Notes: a model not told the origin generated them from the letters alone. A stretch of DNA of 64,000 nucleotides from an uncultured delta proteobacterium (GCA_963767925.1 CAVYGB010000008.1:1696001-1760000), one strand, 5' to 3'. Positions 45,444 through 55,391 are shown, counted from the first letter of the stretch. Made by a program: numbers and translations.

Positions 45444-46403
45444 ATGTCAGACGTGATGATCCAGGTCGAGAACCTCACCAAGGACTATGGCCCGGTACGT
45501 GCAGTCGACCGCGTCACGTTCAACGTCCGAAAGGGCGAGGTCCTTGGGTTCCTCGGACCGAACGGTGCGGGCAAATCGACAACCATGAAGATTCTCACCT
45601 GCTACCTGGCGCCGACCGGGGGCAGCGTGAAGGTCGCGGGAATGGACGTGTTCGACCAGTCGCTGGAAGTGCGGCGGCGGGTCGGTTACCTGCCCGAGGA
45701 CACGCCCATCTACCGGGACATGACGGTCCTGGAGTTTCTCGAGTTCGTGGCCGAGATCCGCGGGATGCGGGCCGGTCGACAGGCGCGCATAAAGGAGATC
45801 GGAGGGCGCTGTGGCCTCGGTGATGTCGCCGGCAAGCTGATCGGCGAGCTCTCCAAGGGCTACCGCCAGCGGGTGGGCCTGGCCCAGGCCATGATCCACG
45901 ACCCCGACATCGTCATCCTCGATGAGCCGACCAGCGGTCTCGATCCCAACCAGATCGTCGAGATCCGCCAGCTCATCAAGGAGGTCGGTCGCGAGAAGAC
46001 GGTCATCCTCTCGACCCACATCCTCCCCGAGGTGCAGGCCACCTGCAGCCGCATCCTCATCATCGGCCGGGGCAAGGTCGTGGCCGACGGCACCCCCGAC
46101 GAGTTGCGGGCCCGCGAGCGCGGCAGCCGCTACCGGGTGGTGGTGGAGGCCAACGGCGTCCCGGCCGACGCCATTCGCAGCCGGCTCGGGAGCATCAGCG
46201 GCGTCAGCCGCTGCCAGCCGGTCAGCGGTGAAGACGGTGCCCACGCCTTCGCCATCGACGCCGAGACCGCCGAGGACCTGCGCAAGACGCTGTTCCAGGC
46301 GGCGGTCGACAATCGCTGGACGCTGCTCGAGCTCGTGCGCGAGGCCGCCAGCCTGGAAGACGTTTTCCGCAGTCTGACCACCGGCGAGGAGACCCGGACA
46401 TGA
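45444..46403 (+). CDS. ABC transporter ATP-binding protein (GldA-like)
   Basis: GPNGAGKST, LSKGYRQR, LDEPTSGLDP and STHIL. Confidence 0.95.
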   Translation: MSDVMIQVENLTKDYGPVRAVDRVTFNVRKGEVLGFLGPNGAGKSTTMKILTCYLAPTGGSVKVAGMDVFDQSLEVRRRVGYLPEDTPIYRDMTVLEFLEFVAEIRGMRAGRQARIKEIGGRCGLGDVAGKLIGELSKGYRQRVGLAQAMIHDPDIVILDEPTSGLDPNQIVEIRQLIKEVGREKTVILSTHILPEVQATCSRILIIGRGKVVADGTPDELRARERGSRYRVVVEANGVPADAIRSRLGSISGVSRCQPVSGEDGAHAFAIDAETAEDLRKTLFQAAVDNRWTLLELVREAASLEDVFRSLTTGEETRT

Positions 46404-47110
46404 GCGCCACTCTGGCAATTAGCAAGCGCGAGCTGCGCACCTACTTCAACTCCCCCGTCGCCTACATCGTGGTGACGGTCTTCATGTTGCTCGCGGGCTA
46501 CCTGTTCTTCAGCACCGTGTTCATCGAGAAGCAGGCGGAGATGCGGGCCTACTTCGGCCTGGCCCCCATGCTCTTCACCTTCATCATTCCGGCGATGACC
46601 ATGCGGCTCATCGCCGAGGAGAAGGGGAGCGGCACCATCGAGCTCCTCATCACGATGCCGGTGCGGGACTGGGAGGTCGTGGTGGGCAAGTTCCTGGCCG
46701 CCCTGGGGCTGCTGGCGGTGCTGCTCGCCCTGACCCTGGTCTACGCCTTCACCCTGTCCACCATCGGCCCCGTCGACAAGGGGCCGACCTACGGCGGATA
46801 CCTGGGCCTGCTGCTGATGGGGTCGGCCTACGTCGCCATCGGCGTGATGGCCTCCTCCGTCACCCGCAACCAGATCGTGGCCTTCATCCTGGCCTTCGCG
46901 ATCTCGTTCGCGCTCTACCTGTTCGGGCGGGTCGTGCAGATCGTCCCCCCGGCGATCCAGCCGATCATCTCGTTCCTCAGCATCGACAACCATTTCGAGG
47001 CCATCAGCCGCGGCGTGATCGACACCCGCGACGTCATCTATTACCTGTCGGTGGTCGCGGTCAGCCTGGTGATCGCCACCGTCGCTCTCGAATCGCGCAA
47101 GTGGAAGTAG
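46400..47110 (+). CDS. ABC-2 permease (GldF-like)
   Basis: REL..YF.SP.AY, TMRL.AEE...GT.ELL.T.P and GKF; about 6 TMs. ATGA overlap with the upstream gene. Confidence 0.92.
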   Translation: MSATLAISKRELRTYFNSPVAYIVVTVFMLLAGYLFFSTVFIEKQAEMRAYFGLAPMLFTFIIPAMTMRLIAEEKGSGTIELLITMPVRDWEVVVGKFLAALGLLAVLLALTLVYAFTLSTIGPVDKGPTYGGYLGLLLMGSAYVAIGVMASSVTRNQIVAFILAFAISFALYLFGRVVQIVPPAIQPIISFLSIDNHFEAISRGVIDTRDVIYYLSVVAVSLVIATVALESRKWK

Positions 47111-47112
47111 CC

Positions 47113-48741
47113 ATGACCACGGACAAGCGAAAAAAACGGGCTTACGCCTCCAACGCGCTCCTCTACTCGGCCTTCATCGTGGGGGCCATCGTGGTGGTCA
47201 ACCTGCTGGGCACGCGGGTGTTCGGCCGGGTGGACCTCACCGAAAACGACGTCTACACCCTGTCCCAGTCTTCCAAGGACCTCGTCAAGAAGCTGCCCGA
47301 CTACATGACGGTCAAGGCCTTCATCTCGAGCGACCTGCCGCCCGAGCTGAAGACCGTCAGTCGGTACGTCCGCGACCTGGTCGACGAATATCAGACCAGC
47401 TCGAACGGGAAGTTCCGCTGGGACGCCATCGACCCTGGCACCGACAAGAAGCTCGAGGACGAGGCCACCCGCTGCAAGGTCCAGAAGCTGCAGATCCAGG
47501 TGCTACGCAACCAGAAGTTCGAGCTCGGCGCCTACTACCTGGGTCTCTGCCTGCAATACGGCAGCGAGGTGGAGTCGATCCCCCAGGTGGTGCGGGCCGA
47601 GGGCCTCGAATACCAGATGTCCTCGCTCATCAAGAAGCTCACCACCAAGAAGAAGAAGGTGGCCTTCACGACCGGGCACGGCGAATACGAGACCAGCCAG
47701 GGCTTCCAGGCGCTCAAGGGCGGGCTCGAACAGGAGTTCGAGCTGACCACCGTCAACCCCTCCCAGGCCGAGATCGGCAAGGACGTCGACGCGCTGGTGG
47801 TGGGCGGGCCCAAGCAGCCCTTCGACGAGAAGGGCCAGAAGGAGCTCGACAAGTTCATCATGGAGGGCAAGGGCGTCGTCTTCCTGGTCGACGGCATCGC
47901 CCTGCAGGCTCCCGGCGGCATGGGGGGTCAGGGCACGAAGCTGAAGATGGGGCAGCCCAACGACAGCGGCCTGGCCAAGGTCCTGGAGGCCTACGGCTTC
48001 AAGGTGAACCAGGATTTCGTGTTCGACACCCAGAACGCGCCCGGCCCGGTCGACATCAACGGCCGCCAGATGCTGGCCAACCTCCCCTACTTCGTGGCCG
48101 CCGAGACGGCGGTCGACAAGCAGCTCACCGTGCTGGACGGCGTCCGGGGGGTTGTCTTCCCGTTCGCCTCGAGCGTCGACCTCGTGGGCCCGCTCAAGGG
48201 TGGCAAGCCGGCCAAGGGGCAGCTCTGGCCGCTCGCCACCTCCTCGGGGGAGAGCTGGAAACACACTGGCTTCTTCGTGCTGGGGCCGGGCACCAAGATC
48301 GACGAGCCCAAGGAACGCAGCAGCGCCACCCTGGCCTACGCCTACCAGGGTCCCCTCCGGAGCGCCTTCGCCCCGGCCAACGCCCCGGCGGTCTCGGATC
48401 CCAATGCTCCGCTGGCCGACTCGAGAAAGCCGGTTCGCCTGGTCGTCGTCGGTGACTCCGACTTCGCCAGCGACGAATACATCCAGTACGCCCGGTTCCT
48501 CTCCTTCTACGGGGCCGGGGCCCAGCTCCTGGTCAACGCCATCGCCTGGACCGTCGAGGACGAGGCGCTCACCCCCCTCCGTTCCAAGAACGTCATTCCC
48601 CGTCCCATCAAGGTCGCCTCCGAAGGCAGCGCCGCTGTCCTTCAGTGGGGAAACATCCTGGGCCTGCCGCTGGCCTTCTGTCTGTTCGGGCTGGTCCGCT
48701 GGCGCCTCCGCCGGACCAACCGCTACGGGCAGAAGCTGTGA
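47113..48741 (+). CDS. GldG-family ABC auxiliary (GIFT-domain) protein
   Basis: R.DLT....YTLS..S, EY..SSLI, F..GHGE and VVGDSDF; TMs at both ends. Confidence 0.9.
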   Translation: MTTDKRKKRAYASNALLYSAFIVGAIVVVNLLGTRVFGRVDLTENDVYTLSQSSKDLVKKLPDYMTVKAFISSDLPPELKTVSRYVRDLVDEYQTSSNGKFRWDAIDPGTDKKLEDEATRCKVQKLQIQVLRNQKFELGAYYLGLCLQYGSEVESIPQVVRAEGLEYQMSSLIKKLTTKKKKVAFTTGHGEYETSQGFQALKGGLEQEFELTTVNPSQAEIGKDVDALVVGGPKQPFDEKGQKELDKFIMEGKGVVFLVDGIALQAPGGMGGQGTKLKMGQPNDSGLAKVLEAYGFKVNQDFVFDTQNAPGPVDINGRQMLANLPYFVAAETAVDKQLTVLDGVRGVVFPFASSVDLVGPLKGGKPAKGQLWPLATSSGESWKHTGFFVLGPGTKIDEPKERSSATLAYAYQGPLRSAFAPANAPAVSDPNAPLADSRKPVRLVVVGDSDFASDEYIQYARFLSFYGAGAQLLVNAIAWTVEDEALTPLRSKNVIPRPIKVASEGSAAVLQWGNILGLPLAFCLFGLVRWRLRRTNRYGQKL

Positions 48742-48790
48742 GCGGGCCTCTGACCTCCAACGCCCCTGACCTCTTTCTTCGAGGAGTACG

Positions 48791-50197
48791 ATGAACCGTA
48801 AGACCTTGCTCGCCGGAGCTGTCTTCGCCGGTCTGCTCGTGATCACGCTGCTGGTGCTGCGGGAACCGGAAAAGGGGACCCGCACCGGGGAATCTCCCCG
48901 GCCGGTGGCCGCCATCGGGGATGGAAACCTCGACACACTCGAGATCACCCGGGACGGCAAGAAGGTCGTCGTCAAGCGCGAAGGCGGCAAGTTCCGGCTG
49001 CTCGAGCCGGTCGCCTACGCCGCCGAGGAGGACTCGGCAAAGCAGGCCTTCGAGTCGATCGAACGGATGGAGTTCGGCTCCATCGTCAGCGACCAGAAGA
49101 GCAAACACGAGGAGTTCGAGGTGGGGGCCAAGAGCCCCCGCGTGGTGGCCAAGAAGGGGGACAAGGTCCTGGCCGATCTCCGCATCGGCAAGGTCTCGCC
49201 CGACCACACCATGGTGCGCGTCGAGGGCAAGGACGAGGTCTGGCAGATGGTGGGATCCCACAAGTGGCACTTCGATCGGGAGCCGGCCGCCTGGCGCGAC
49301 AAGGCCATCCTCACGTTCAACAACGAAGACGCCGAGCGCCTCGAGGTGGTCAGTCCAAGCCAGGGCAAGATCGTGCTCGGCCGTCCGGCCAAGGGCGACG
49401 CCGGCGTGGCCCCGGGCTGGAAGGTGGTCGAGTCGACGGCCAAGGTCGAGCCCTTCGACCAGCAGGTGGCGAACGAGATGGTCACCGCCCTCTACGCCTT
49501 CAAGGCCAACGACTTCGCCGATGGAGTCACGCCGGCCGAGTCCGGCCTCGACGCTCCCACCCTGACCCTGACCGTGGGGCTCAAGGGTGGCAAGAGCGAG
49601 ACCGTGCTCATCGGCAAGAAGAAGACCGAAGACGACTTCTATGTGAAGCGGGCGGCCGATCCCCAGGTCTTCCTGGTGAAGAAGTACAACCTGGAGCGCA
49701 TCAACAAGCGGCCCATCGAGTTCCGGGAGAAGATCGTCTGCAACATCAACAGCGAAGACGTCACCCAGGTAGCGGTCACCGCCGGCAGCGACTCGTACAC
49801 CCTGGCCAAAGATCCCGGCAAGGGCGCCCACGCGGCCGACGGCTGGAAGCTGACGAAGCCGGCGGGGGTGACCATCGACCCGGCCAAGGCGACCTCCATC
49901 GTGACGGCCTTCCGGGAGTGGAAGGCCACCAGCTTCGCCGAGGACAGCTCGCCCAAGACCACCGGCCTGGGCAAGCCATCCGCCACCATCCTGGCTACCG
50001 GCAAGGGCCGGATCTGCCACCTCAAGCTGGGCGCCGAGCTGCCCGACAAGCAGAACCGGTACGCTTCGGTGAGCGGCGTTCCCGAGGTCTACGTGTTGCC
50101 CAAGTGGTCGGTCGATCGCGTACTGCAGAAGATCGACGACCTGAAGAAGAAGGACGACGGCCCGCCCGCGGGCGGCGGAACCGCCGCCCACCCCTGA
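48791..50197 (+). CDS. DUF4340-domain protein (three repeats)
   Basis: N-terminal TM; repeated W...P...D...GL..P...IG K and WRDK/FREK units; typical position after gldG. Confidence 0.85.
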   Translation: MNRKTLLAGAVFAGLLVITLLVLREPEKGTRTGESPRPVAAIGDGNLDTLEITRDGKKVVVKREGGKFRLLEPVAYAAEEDSAKQAFESIERMEFGSIVSDQKSKHEEFEVGAKSPRVVAKKGDKVLADLRIGKVSPDHTMVRVEGKDEVWQMVGSHKWHFDREPAAWRDKAILTFNNEDAERLEVVSPSQGKIVLGRPAKGDAGVAPGWKVVESTAKVEPFDQQVANEMVTALYAFKANDFADGVTPAESGLDAPTLTLTVGLKGGKSETVLIGKKKTEDDFYVKRAADPQVFLVKKYNLERINKRPIEFREKIVCNINSEDVTQVAVTAGSDSYTLAKDPGKGAHAADGWKLTKPAGVTIDPAKATSIVTAFREWKATSFAEDSSPKTTGLGKPSATILATGKGRICHLKLGAELPDKQNRYASVSGVPEVYVLPKWSVDRVLQKIDDLKKKDDGPPAGGGTAAHP

Positions 50198-50203
50198 GCG
50201 CGC

Positions 50204-51085
50204 TCAGCCGCCGGCCTTCTTCCTCTCGAGGGCCTTGAACATGGCCTGGGTGCCGAGGGCACCCTCGCCATGGGCCTCGTTGTCCGCGAAGTAGGCCTGG
50301 GCCAGCGCCGTCCCCTGCAGGGGCAGGCCGACGCCCTGGGCGATGGCCTGCACGATGCGGAGGTCCTTCTGGATGAGCCGCACCATGAAGCCGGGCGCGA
50401 AGTCACCGCCGGCGATGCGGCTCCCCAGCTTCTCGAGGGCCCAGGAGCCGCCGGCCCCGGGGCCGAGCGCCCCCACCAGCGTCGGCAGGTCGATCCCGTT
50501 GGCCCGGGCCAGGTGCAGGGCCTCGACAACGCCGACCATGTTGAGCGCGCAGAGGATCTGGTTGGCCGCCTTGACGGTCTGACCGGCGCCGATCGGCCCG
50601 CAGTGGGTGATGCGCTTGCCCATCACCTCCAGGGCCGGCCGGGCGCGCTCCAGCTGGACGACCTCGCCCCCCACCAGGATGGAGAGGGTTCCCTCGCGCG
50701 CCCCGACGTCGCCACCGGTGACCGGCGCATCCAGGAACCCGATCTTCCGGGTGGCGAGCTGCTCGCCAATCTGGCGCGCCGCCTCCGGGGCGATGGTGCT
50801 CATGTCGATGAAGAGCGTGCCCGGGGCCGCGCCTTCGGCCGCGCCCTGGGGCCCCAGCAGGACCTGCTTGGCGTCCGGGGAGTCGGTCACGATGGAGATG
50901 ACCAGGTCTGCCCCCTCGGCGGCTGCGGCCGGGGTGGGCGCCTGGCGGGCACCCGCGGCCACCAGTGGCGCGCAGCGGGCGGCGGTGCGGTTGTAGACGG
51001 TGAGGCGGTGTCCGGCCGAAAGCAGGCGGCCAGCCATGGGGGCGCCCATGATTCCGAGTCCGATGAAGCCGATCGCGAGAGGCAT
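50204..51085 (-). CDS. Beta-hydroxyacid dehydrogenase (3-hydroxyisobutyrate dehydrogenase / tartronate semialdehyde reductase family)
   Basis: FIGLGIMG.PMA, DMSTI.P, DAPVTGG, K.ANQ and F.PGF...L..KDL. ATG at 51085 follows GGAGG. Confidence 0.93.
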   Translation of the reverse strand: MPLAIGFIGLGIMGAPMAGRLLSAGHRLTVYNRTAARCAPLVAAGARQAPTPAAAAEGADLVISIVTDSPDAKQVLLGPQGAAEGAAPGTLFIDMSTIAPEAARQIGEQLATRKIGFLDAPVTGGDVGAREGTLSILVGGEVVQLERARPALEVMGKRITHCGPIGAGQTVKAANQILCALNMVGVVEALHLARANGIDLPTLVGALGPGAGGSWALEKLGSRIAGGDFAPGFMVRLIQKDLRIVQAIAQGVGLPLQGTALAQAYFADNEAHGEGALGTQAMFKALERKKAGG

Positions 51086-51230
51086 GTTCCCTCCAAAGCG
51101 AGCGACTCTACAACAAGCGCGGGAACAGCGAAGGCTCCCGGGAACCTGCGGCCGTCTGCTCCGGCGGACCCGCGAGGGGCCCAATCAACGGAGCGCGAGG
51201 GAGACTCGGGACGTATTGAAATCCCGTTAA

Positions 51231-51319
51231 AGAACCACCCGGGAGGAAGGATCCCTGACATCGCAGCAGGGCCCCATTTCCGCCTTGACCCCAAGGACCC
51301 TTCCCGCCCGGTGGGTTCT
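51231..51319. other. Long imperfect inverted repeat (arms of about 25 bp) in an intergenic region
   Basis: AGAACCACCCGGGAGGAAGGATCC (51231-51254) pairs with GGACCCTTCCCGCCCGGTGGGTTCT (51295-51319). Confidence 0.55.
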
Positions 51320-51354
51320 GGTAGGATTAGGGACCGCAGCCGGGGCCCTTCATC

Positions 51355-51398
51355 AAAAAAAAAACGGGTCAGGGACGCCGGCTGTTTCCCCGGCCCGG
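51355..51398 (-). terminator. Possible intrinsic terminator after the vWA gene (weak GC stem plus U10)
   Basis: Minus strand cgggccgg...ccgg...cccg followed by 10 T immediately after the stop codon. Confidence 0.4.
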
Positions 51399-52466
51399 GG
51401 TGCAGATCTCGACGTCCACGTCGGCCACCTGGGACGTGCGCAACGCCTCGCACCAGGGGCCGTAGACAGTGAAGCGCCGGACGGAGTCGGGCTCGAACTC
51501 CCAGCCGTTGCCCCGCAACGGATCGTGCGGCACCACGATGTTGCTGCCGCCGTCCCCGAAGTAGAGCACCAGGTAGTCGGGCGGCCGCAGGGCCGAGGTG
51601 AGGCGGAAGGTGCAAGCCTTGCGCGAGAGCGCCGCCAGCTTCTCCTCGAGCTGGTCCTGCAGAGCCGCCGAGGTGGGCGCCACGTGAAAATACGGAGACG
51701 GGTTGTTCGAGTCGACCCGCACGCCGGCGATCGACTGCAGGCAACCGTTGGCCCGCGCCTCCTCGGCCAGCACGAAAACGTCGGTCTCGACCGTCTCGTT
51801 GCCCCACAGGAGCGCGGCCTCGGTGATGGCCTGGCTGCACTCGGCGCCGGCCCGGGTGCTGCAGGCCGGGTCGCTGTCGGTCAGGAGGAACACGTGGCGC
51901 GAGGAGCTGGACTGGTCGAGGTCGGCGAAGCGGTTGCGCGCGCTGCGCAGGGCGGACGAGGTGGGCGCATCTGCCTCGGTCTCGGAGCAGGTCGGCGCCT
52001 GCGCCACGCACCCCCAGCGCCGCTGGATGGGATCGATCGTGTCCCGCCCCGGGGAGATCACCGGGCTGGCGCAGCAGCCGGGACCGGTTCCCGGGGAGCA
52101 ATCCGAGGACGGGAACTCGAGGTAACCGGCGTGGACGGCGTCGTGGTAGGTGGCCAGGACCGCCCGCAAGGTTCGCTGGGTCTCCTCCAGCCGGGTAAGC
52201 ACCGAGCCGCCGTACTTTTGCCACATCGATGCCGAGCGATCGAGCGCCAGGATGACCTGAGGATTTTCCTGCCGGAAGTCGAACAGCTCCTCGCACGACA
52301 CCGCCCCGTCCTCGCGGGCACCGGCGTCGGGCGTGCCCATCGGAGTCGGGAGGCCGGCGTCCGGCTCCGGCGTGACCTCGGGCGGCAGGGCGACGTCTTG
52401 CACGCATCCCAGCGGGCCGGCTCCGAGACCGACCGCGAGGAGGACGAGCCGAGCCTGCGTTCGCAT
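51369..52466 (-). CDS. vWA-domain lipoprotein with paired cysteines
   Basis: Lipobox PLGC, MIDAS LDRSAS...PT...LLTD, and C-terminal GW.F......F.V.G.WC. ATG at 52466. Confidence 0.85.
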   Translation of the reverse strand: MRTQARLVLLAVGLGAGPLGCVQDVALPPEVTPEPDAGLPTPMGTPDAGAREDGAVSCEELFDFRQENPQVILALDRSASMWQKYGGSVLTRLEETQRTLRAVLATYHDAVHAGYLEFPSSDCSPGTGPGCCASPVISPGRDTIDPIQRRWGCVAQAPTCSETEADAPTSSALRSARNRFADLDQSSSSRHVFLLTDSDPACSTRAGAECSQAITEAALLWGNETVETDVFVLAEEARANGCLQSIAGVRVDSNNPSPYFHVAPTSAALQDQLEEKLAALSRKACTFRLTSALRPPDYLVLYFGDGGSNIVVPHDPLRGNGWEFEPDSVRRFTVYGPWCEALRTSQVADVDVEICTPGRGNSRRP

Positions 52467-52504
52467 GAAGACGTGCCTTCTCCCGGGACCGGAGGGCGCT
52501 CCGC

Positions 52505-53758
52505 TCAGTTGGCCCGCATCGCCGGGGAAGACCCCCCGGCCGAGCCGCCGCCACCGGCGCTCGCGGCGAGCGTGGCCGCGATGGCCTTCACCTGTGCGTA
52601 CCGCTCGCTGCGCGGGTGTCTCCGGAGGAACGCCTCGACCTCCAGGCGCGCCGTGGCCCTGTCCCCGAGCGTGAGCAACGTCTCGATGATGCTGAAGTCC
52701 GCCTCGTGGCGCAGCACCCCCTGGGGGAAGCGCTCCCGGTAACGGCTCCAGGTCACGATGGCCTGGCGAGGCTGGAAGAGCTGGTCCCGCTGGACCTGGC
52801 CAATCCGGTAGCTCGCGTTCTCCGCGCTGGGCCCGCTGGTCTCGGCGAGCTGGCGCAACATCGACAGGCCGATGGCCGTATCGGTCCGATCCAGCGCCGC
52901 CTGGGCCTCCCGGTAAGCGTCGCTGGGGCTCTGCTCCAGACCGTTCGACGAGGTACGGTCGGGGAGCGGCGCGACCCGCGCCTGCGGACGCCCCGGGGGG
53001 GCGAGCCGCGGCCGGATCGAGCGGCCCATCCGCGCCGGCCCCTTCCAGGACCCGCCGGCGTGGAGCCGGATCATGTGGCCGCCGCGCCAGACCTCGACGA
53101 TCCCCTCGCGGACATCCACCGAGACCTGCCGGGTGGTCACCCCGAGATTGAACTTGGTGCCGACGACGACGACCACGTAGGGGCCGGCGGCCACGCTGAA
53201 GGTTTCCCCCGGGGGTTGCTTGGGCACCACCAGCCGCGCCCGCCCCCGTCGCAGCACCGGGCGCTGGCCGGCGTCGACAACCAGCGTGGTCCTCGCCCGC
53301 AGGTCCACCCGGGCGCCACTCTTGAGCCGCAAGGCCCGCCCCTCGCGGGCGCCGGTGCGGACGGTGGCCGGACCCAGCACCACCGGCGTGGGATCTCCGG
53401 GCGCGCTGACGTCGGGCACGGGCGCCACCTCGACCGCGGGAGCGGTCGCCGGCGCAGCGGGCACCGGCGCAGGGGGCACCTTGGTGGTCGTCGCGGAGAG
53501 GGTGCTCGGCCAGCGGTGGGGCGCGTCGTTCACGAGCGGGCGCAGCACCAGCAGGCCAGCCACGGCCGCGGCGGCCAGCCCGCCCAGGGTGAACAGGACC
53601 GGCCAGCGCAGGCGCCGCCGCCCGGCTCCCGGCACCAGGTCGGCCAGCCGGCTCCAGACCCGCCGCAAGGCCAGATCGTCGTTGCGGCTCGCGGCCGCGT
53701 CCAGCGCGTCGCGAACGCGGCGCTCGGTGTCGTCTCGATAGTCCTCCAGCCACCTCAC
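52505..53758 (-). CDS. FecR-domain anti-sigma factor with C-terminal TPR
   Basis: One TM; L..GRA.L.V.KQ...F.V.AG...V.V.GTKF.....V.V.EG.V (FecR); Y.ERFP.G.L..EA (TPR). GTGA overlap with the sigma gene. Confidence 0.88.
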   Translation of the reverse strand: MRWLEDYRDDTERRVRDALDAAASRNDDLALRRVWSRLADLVPGAGRRRLRWPVLFTLGGLAAAAVAGLLVLRPLVNDAPHRWPSTLSATTTKVPPAPVPAAPATAPAVEVAPVPDVSAPGDPTPVVLGPATVRTGAREGRALRLKSGARVDLRARTTLVVDAGQRPVLRRGRARLVVPKQPPGETFSVAAGPYVVVVVGTKFNLGVTTRQVSVDVREGIVEVWRGGHMIRLHAGGSWKGPARMGRSIRPRLAPPGRPQARVAPLPDRTSSNGLEQSPSDAYREAQAALDRTDTAIGLSMLRQLAETSGPSAENASYRIGQVQRDQLFQPRQAIVTWSRYRERFPQGVLRHEADFSIIETLLTLGDRATARLEVEAFLRRHPRSERYAQVKAIAATLAASAGGGGSAGGSSPAMRAN

Positions 53759-54393
53759 GCGGCACCGCCCTTCCCGCTGGTCTTCTCCGCGGCTCTGGCG
53801 CCGCCTCGCTCTGCACCTCTCTCGCCGCCCTTGCGGGCCAGGCTCAGCAGCTCGACCCGGGCATGGTGCAGACGCGACCAGACCGTGTTTTCGGGGCAGT
53901 CCACGATTCGCGCGATCTCGTCGACGCGCAGGCCTTCGATCTCGAACAGGACCAGAACCGTCCGCTTCTTGGCCGACAGGCGCGAGAGCAGGCGGTCGAT
54001 GAAATGCATCTCGGCCGCCCGCTCCACCGACTCCGGTGCCGCGGGAACCGGCTCGCGCAGCAGCAGGGTGCGCAGGACGTCCCGGACCCGCTGGCGCCGG
54101 CCCAGGCGACCGGCGTGGCGCGCAGCGATCCGGTAGATCCAGGTCGAGAGCTGGGCCTCACCGCGAAACGACTCGAGGCTGCGGGAGACGGCCAGGAACA
54201 CGTCCTGGACCGCGTCCTCGCGCTCGTCGCGGACCACGCCGAGCGCGCTCAGGAAGCGGTAGACGAGCGGCGCGTGGCGGTCGTAAAGCTGACGCCAGGC
54301 GAGTCGATCGCCCTGGCGGCAACGCGCGACCAGCTCCACATCGGGTAACGGGGGAGCGGGCGCGGGTGAGGTCGGATTTGGTAGACGAGCCAA
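53755..54393 (-). CDS. ECF RNA polymerase sigma factor
   Basis: Region 2 ED.VQDVF...F.GEA.LSTW.YRIA; region 4 R.V.VL.E.EGL...EIA......NTV.SRL.HAR. Confidence 0.95.
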   Translation of the reverse strand: MARLPNPTSPAPAPPLPDVELVARCRQGDRLAWRQLYDRHAPLVYRFLSALGVVRDEREDAVQDVFLAVSRSLESFRGEAQLSTWIYRIAARHAGRLGRRQRVRDVLRTLLLREPVPAAPESVERAAEMHFIDRLLSRLSAKKRTVLVLFEIEGLRVDEIARIVDCPENTVWSRLHHARVELLSLARKGGERGAERGGARAAEKTSGKGGAA

Positions 54394-54431
54394 GTTATTA
54401 ACCGATTAGGGCCTGGCTGGACGGTTTTCCG

Positions 54432-55385
54432 TCACCGCAGGGTGAAGCCGATATCAGCGGCAATCCTAACGTAGAAACGGTGCGTTGGAACCGTGAAGAT
54501 AGTAAGGCCGTCCACGCTGCTTTCTGGACGGTAAGAGAACCGGTAGGTCACAACGCCTCCCGCCCCGCCGGCCGAAAGCCGGAAGAATGTCGGCCCGCGC
54601 AAGGCCACGCGGAGGGCCGTCGCGGCGAAGACGACCGGGCCGGGAAGCCAGCGGATGTCCTCGATGCCGGAGGCCGAACGGGTTGCGACGCGGGTGACGT
54701 CGAGACCGCCCCCTGCCCCGATCTGCAGCTCGGCCCGCCGCCATCCCGGGGTGCGCCACCAGAGTCCCAGGTCGACCGGAAGCTGCCGGGCTCGCGCGGT
54801 GCCCCGGTAGTCCATCCCGACCGGAGCCAGCGCCGCCTCCCCGCCGAGGCCCACCCCTCCGGCCACCAGCCAACGCCCGGAGCTCAGCAGCCGCCCCGCC
54901 CGGGCGCCGAGCGCGAGCGCGCCCCACACCTCGGAACCCATCCGCCAGGCGCTCGCCAGTGAGAGGTCCCACCGGCGTTCGGGACCGGCAGGCGCCCGGA
55001 CCACCAGGGGCAGCGGCGGGCTGGGCGGAGGGCTCTCGACGACAGGCTCGTCGAGCTCGGTCAAGAACCGCTGCACGATGAGGGCGGCCGTCTCGGCGAG
55101 GGCCGCGCAGTCGCCCGGTCCGCCCGGGGGTAACGCCCGCTGCAGGCGCGTCTCACCGGCGTGATTGAACAAGGTGAAGCTGCGGTGCCCATCGGCTGCC
55201 GGGGGGGAGAGCGCGAGCTGCAGGGCCTCCCGCCGGCTCGCCTCGGAGAGCGGGATCATCGCCCCCGGCACGCGAGCGGTAAGAGCGTCCTCGACCTCCC
55301 TCGCCGATGGGCAGCCGGGAGCGCTGTCGGGCACGACCGCGACAAGGCCGGCCTGGGCAAACAGCAGCAGAGCAGGCGAAAACAC
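54432..55385 (-). CDS. Exported hypothetical protein: disulfide-linked N-domain plus putative C-terminal beta-barrel
   Basis: GCPS...DCAALAETAALIV, Pro linker, then alternating hydrophobic strands ending ADIGFTLR. GTG at 55385. Confidence 0.7.
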   Translation of the reverse strand: MFSPALLLFAQAGLVAVVPDSAPGCPSAREVEDALTARVPGAMIPLSEASRREALQLALSPPAADGHRSFTLFNHAGETRLQRALPPGGPGDCAALAETAALIVQRFLTELDEPVVESPPPSPPLPLVVRAPAGPERRWDLSLASAWRMGSEVWGALALGARAGRLLSSGRWLVAGGVGLGGEAALAPVGMDYRGTARARQLPVDLGLWWRTPGWRRAELQIGAGGGLDVTRVATRSASGIEDIRWLPGPVVFAATALRVALRGPTFFRLSAGGAGGVVTYRFSYRPESSVDGLTIFTVPTHRFYVRIAADIGFTLR

Positions 55386-55391
55386 CGCCGC

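Noticed and set aside
50194..50207. Perfect 14-bp palindrome CTGAGCGCGCTCAG
   Set aside because: It is largely produced by two convergent TGA stops 6 nt apart. It has no loop or U-tract, so there is no evidence of function.
51369..53816. 815-aa ORF spanning the FecR and vWA genes
   Set aside because: The upstream part is an off-frame read of the FecR gene. The lipoprotein signal begins at ATG 52466.
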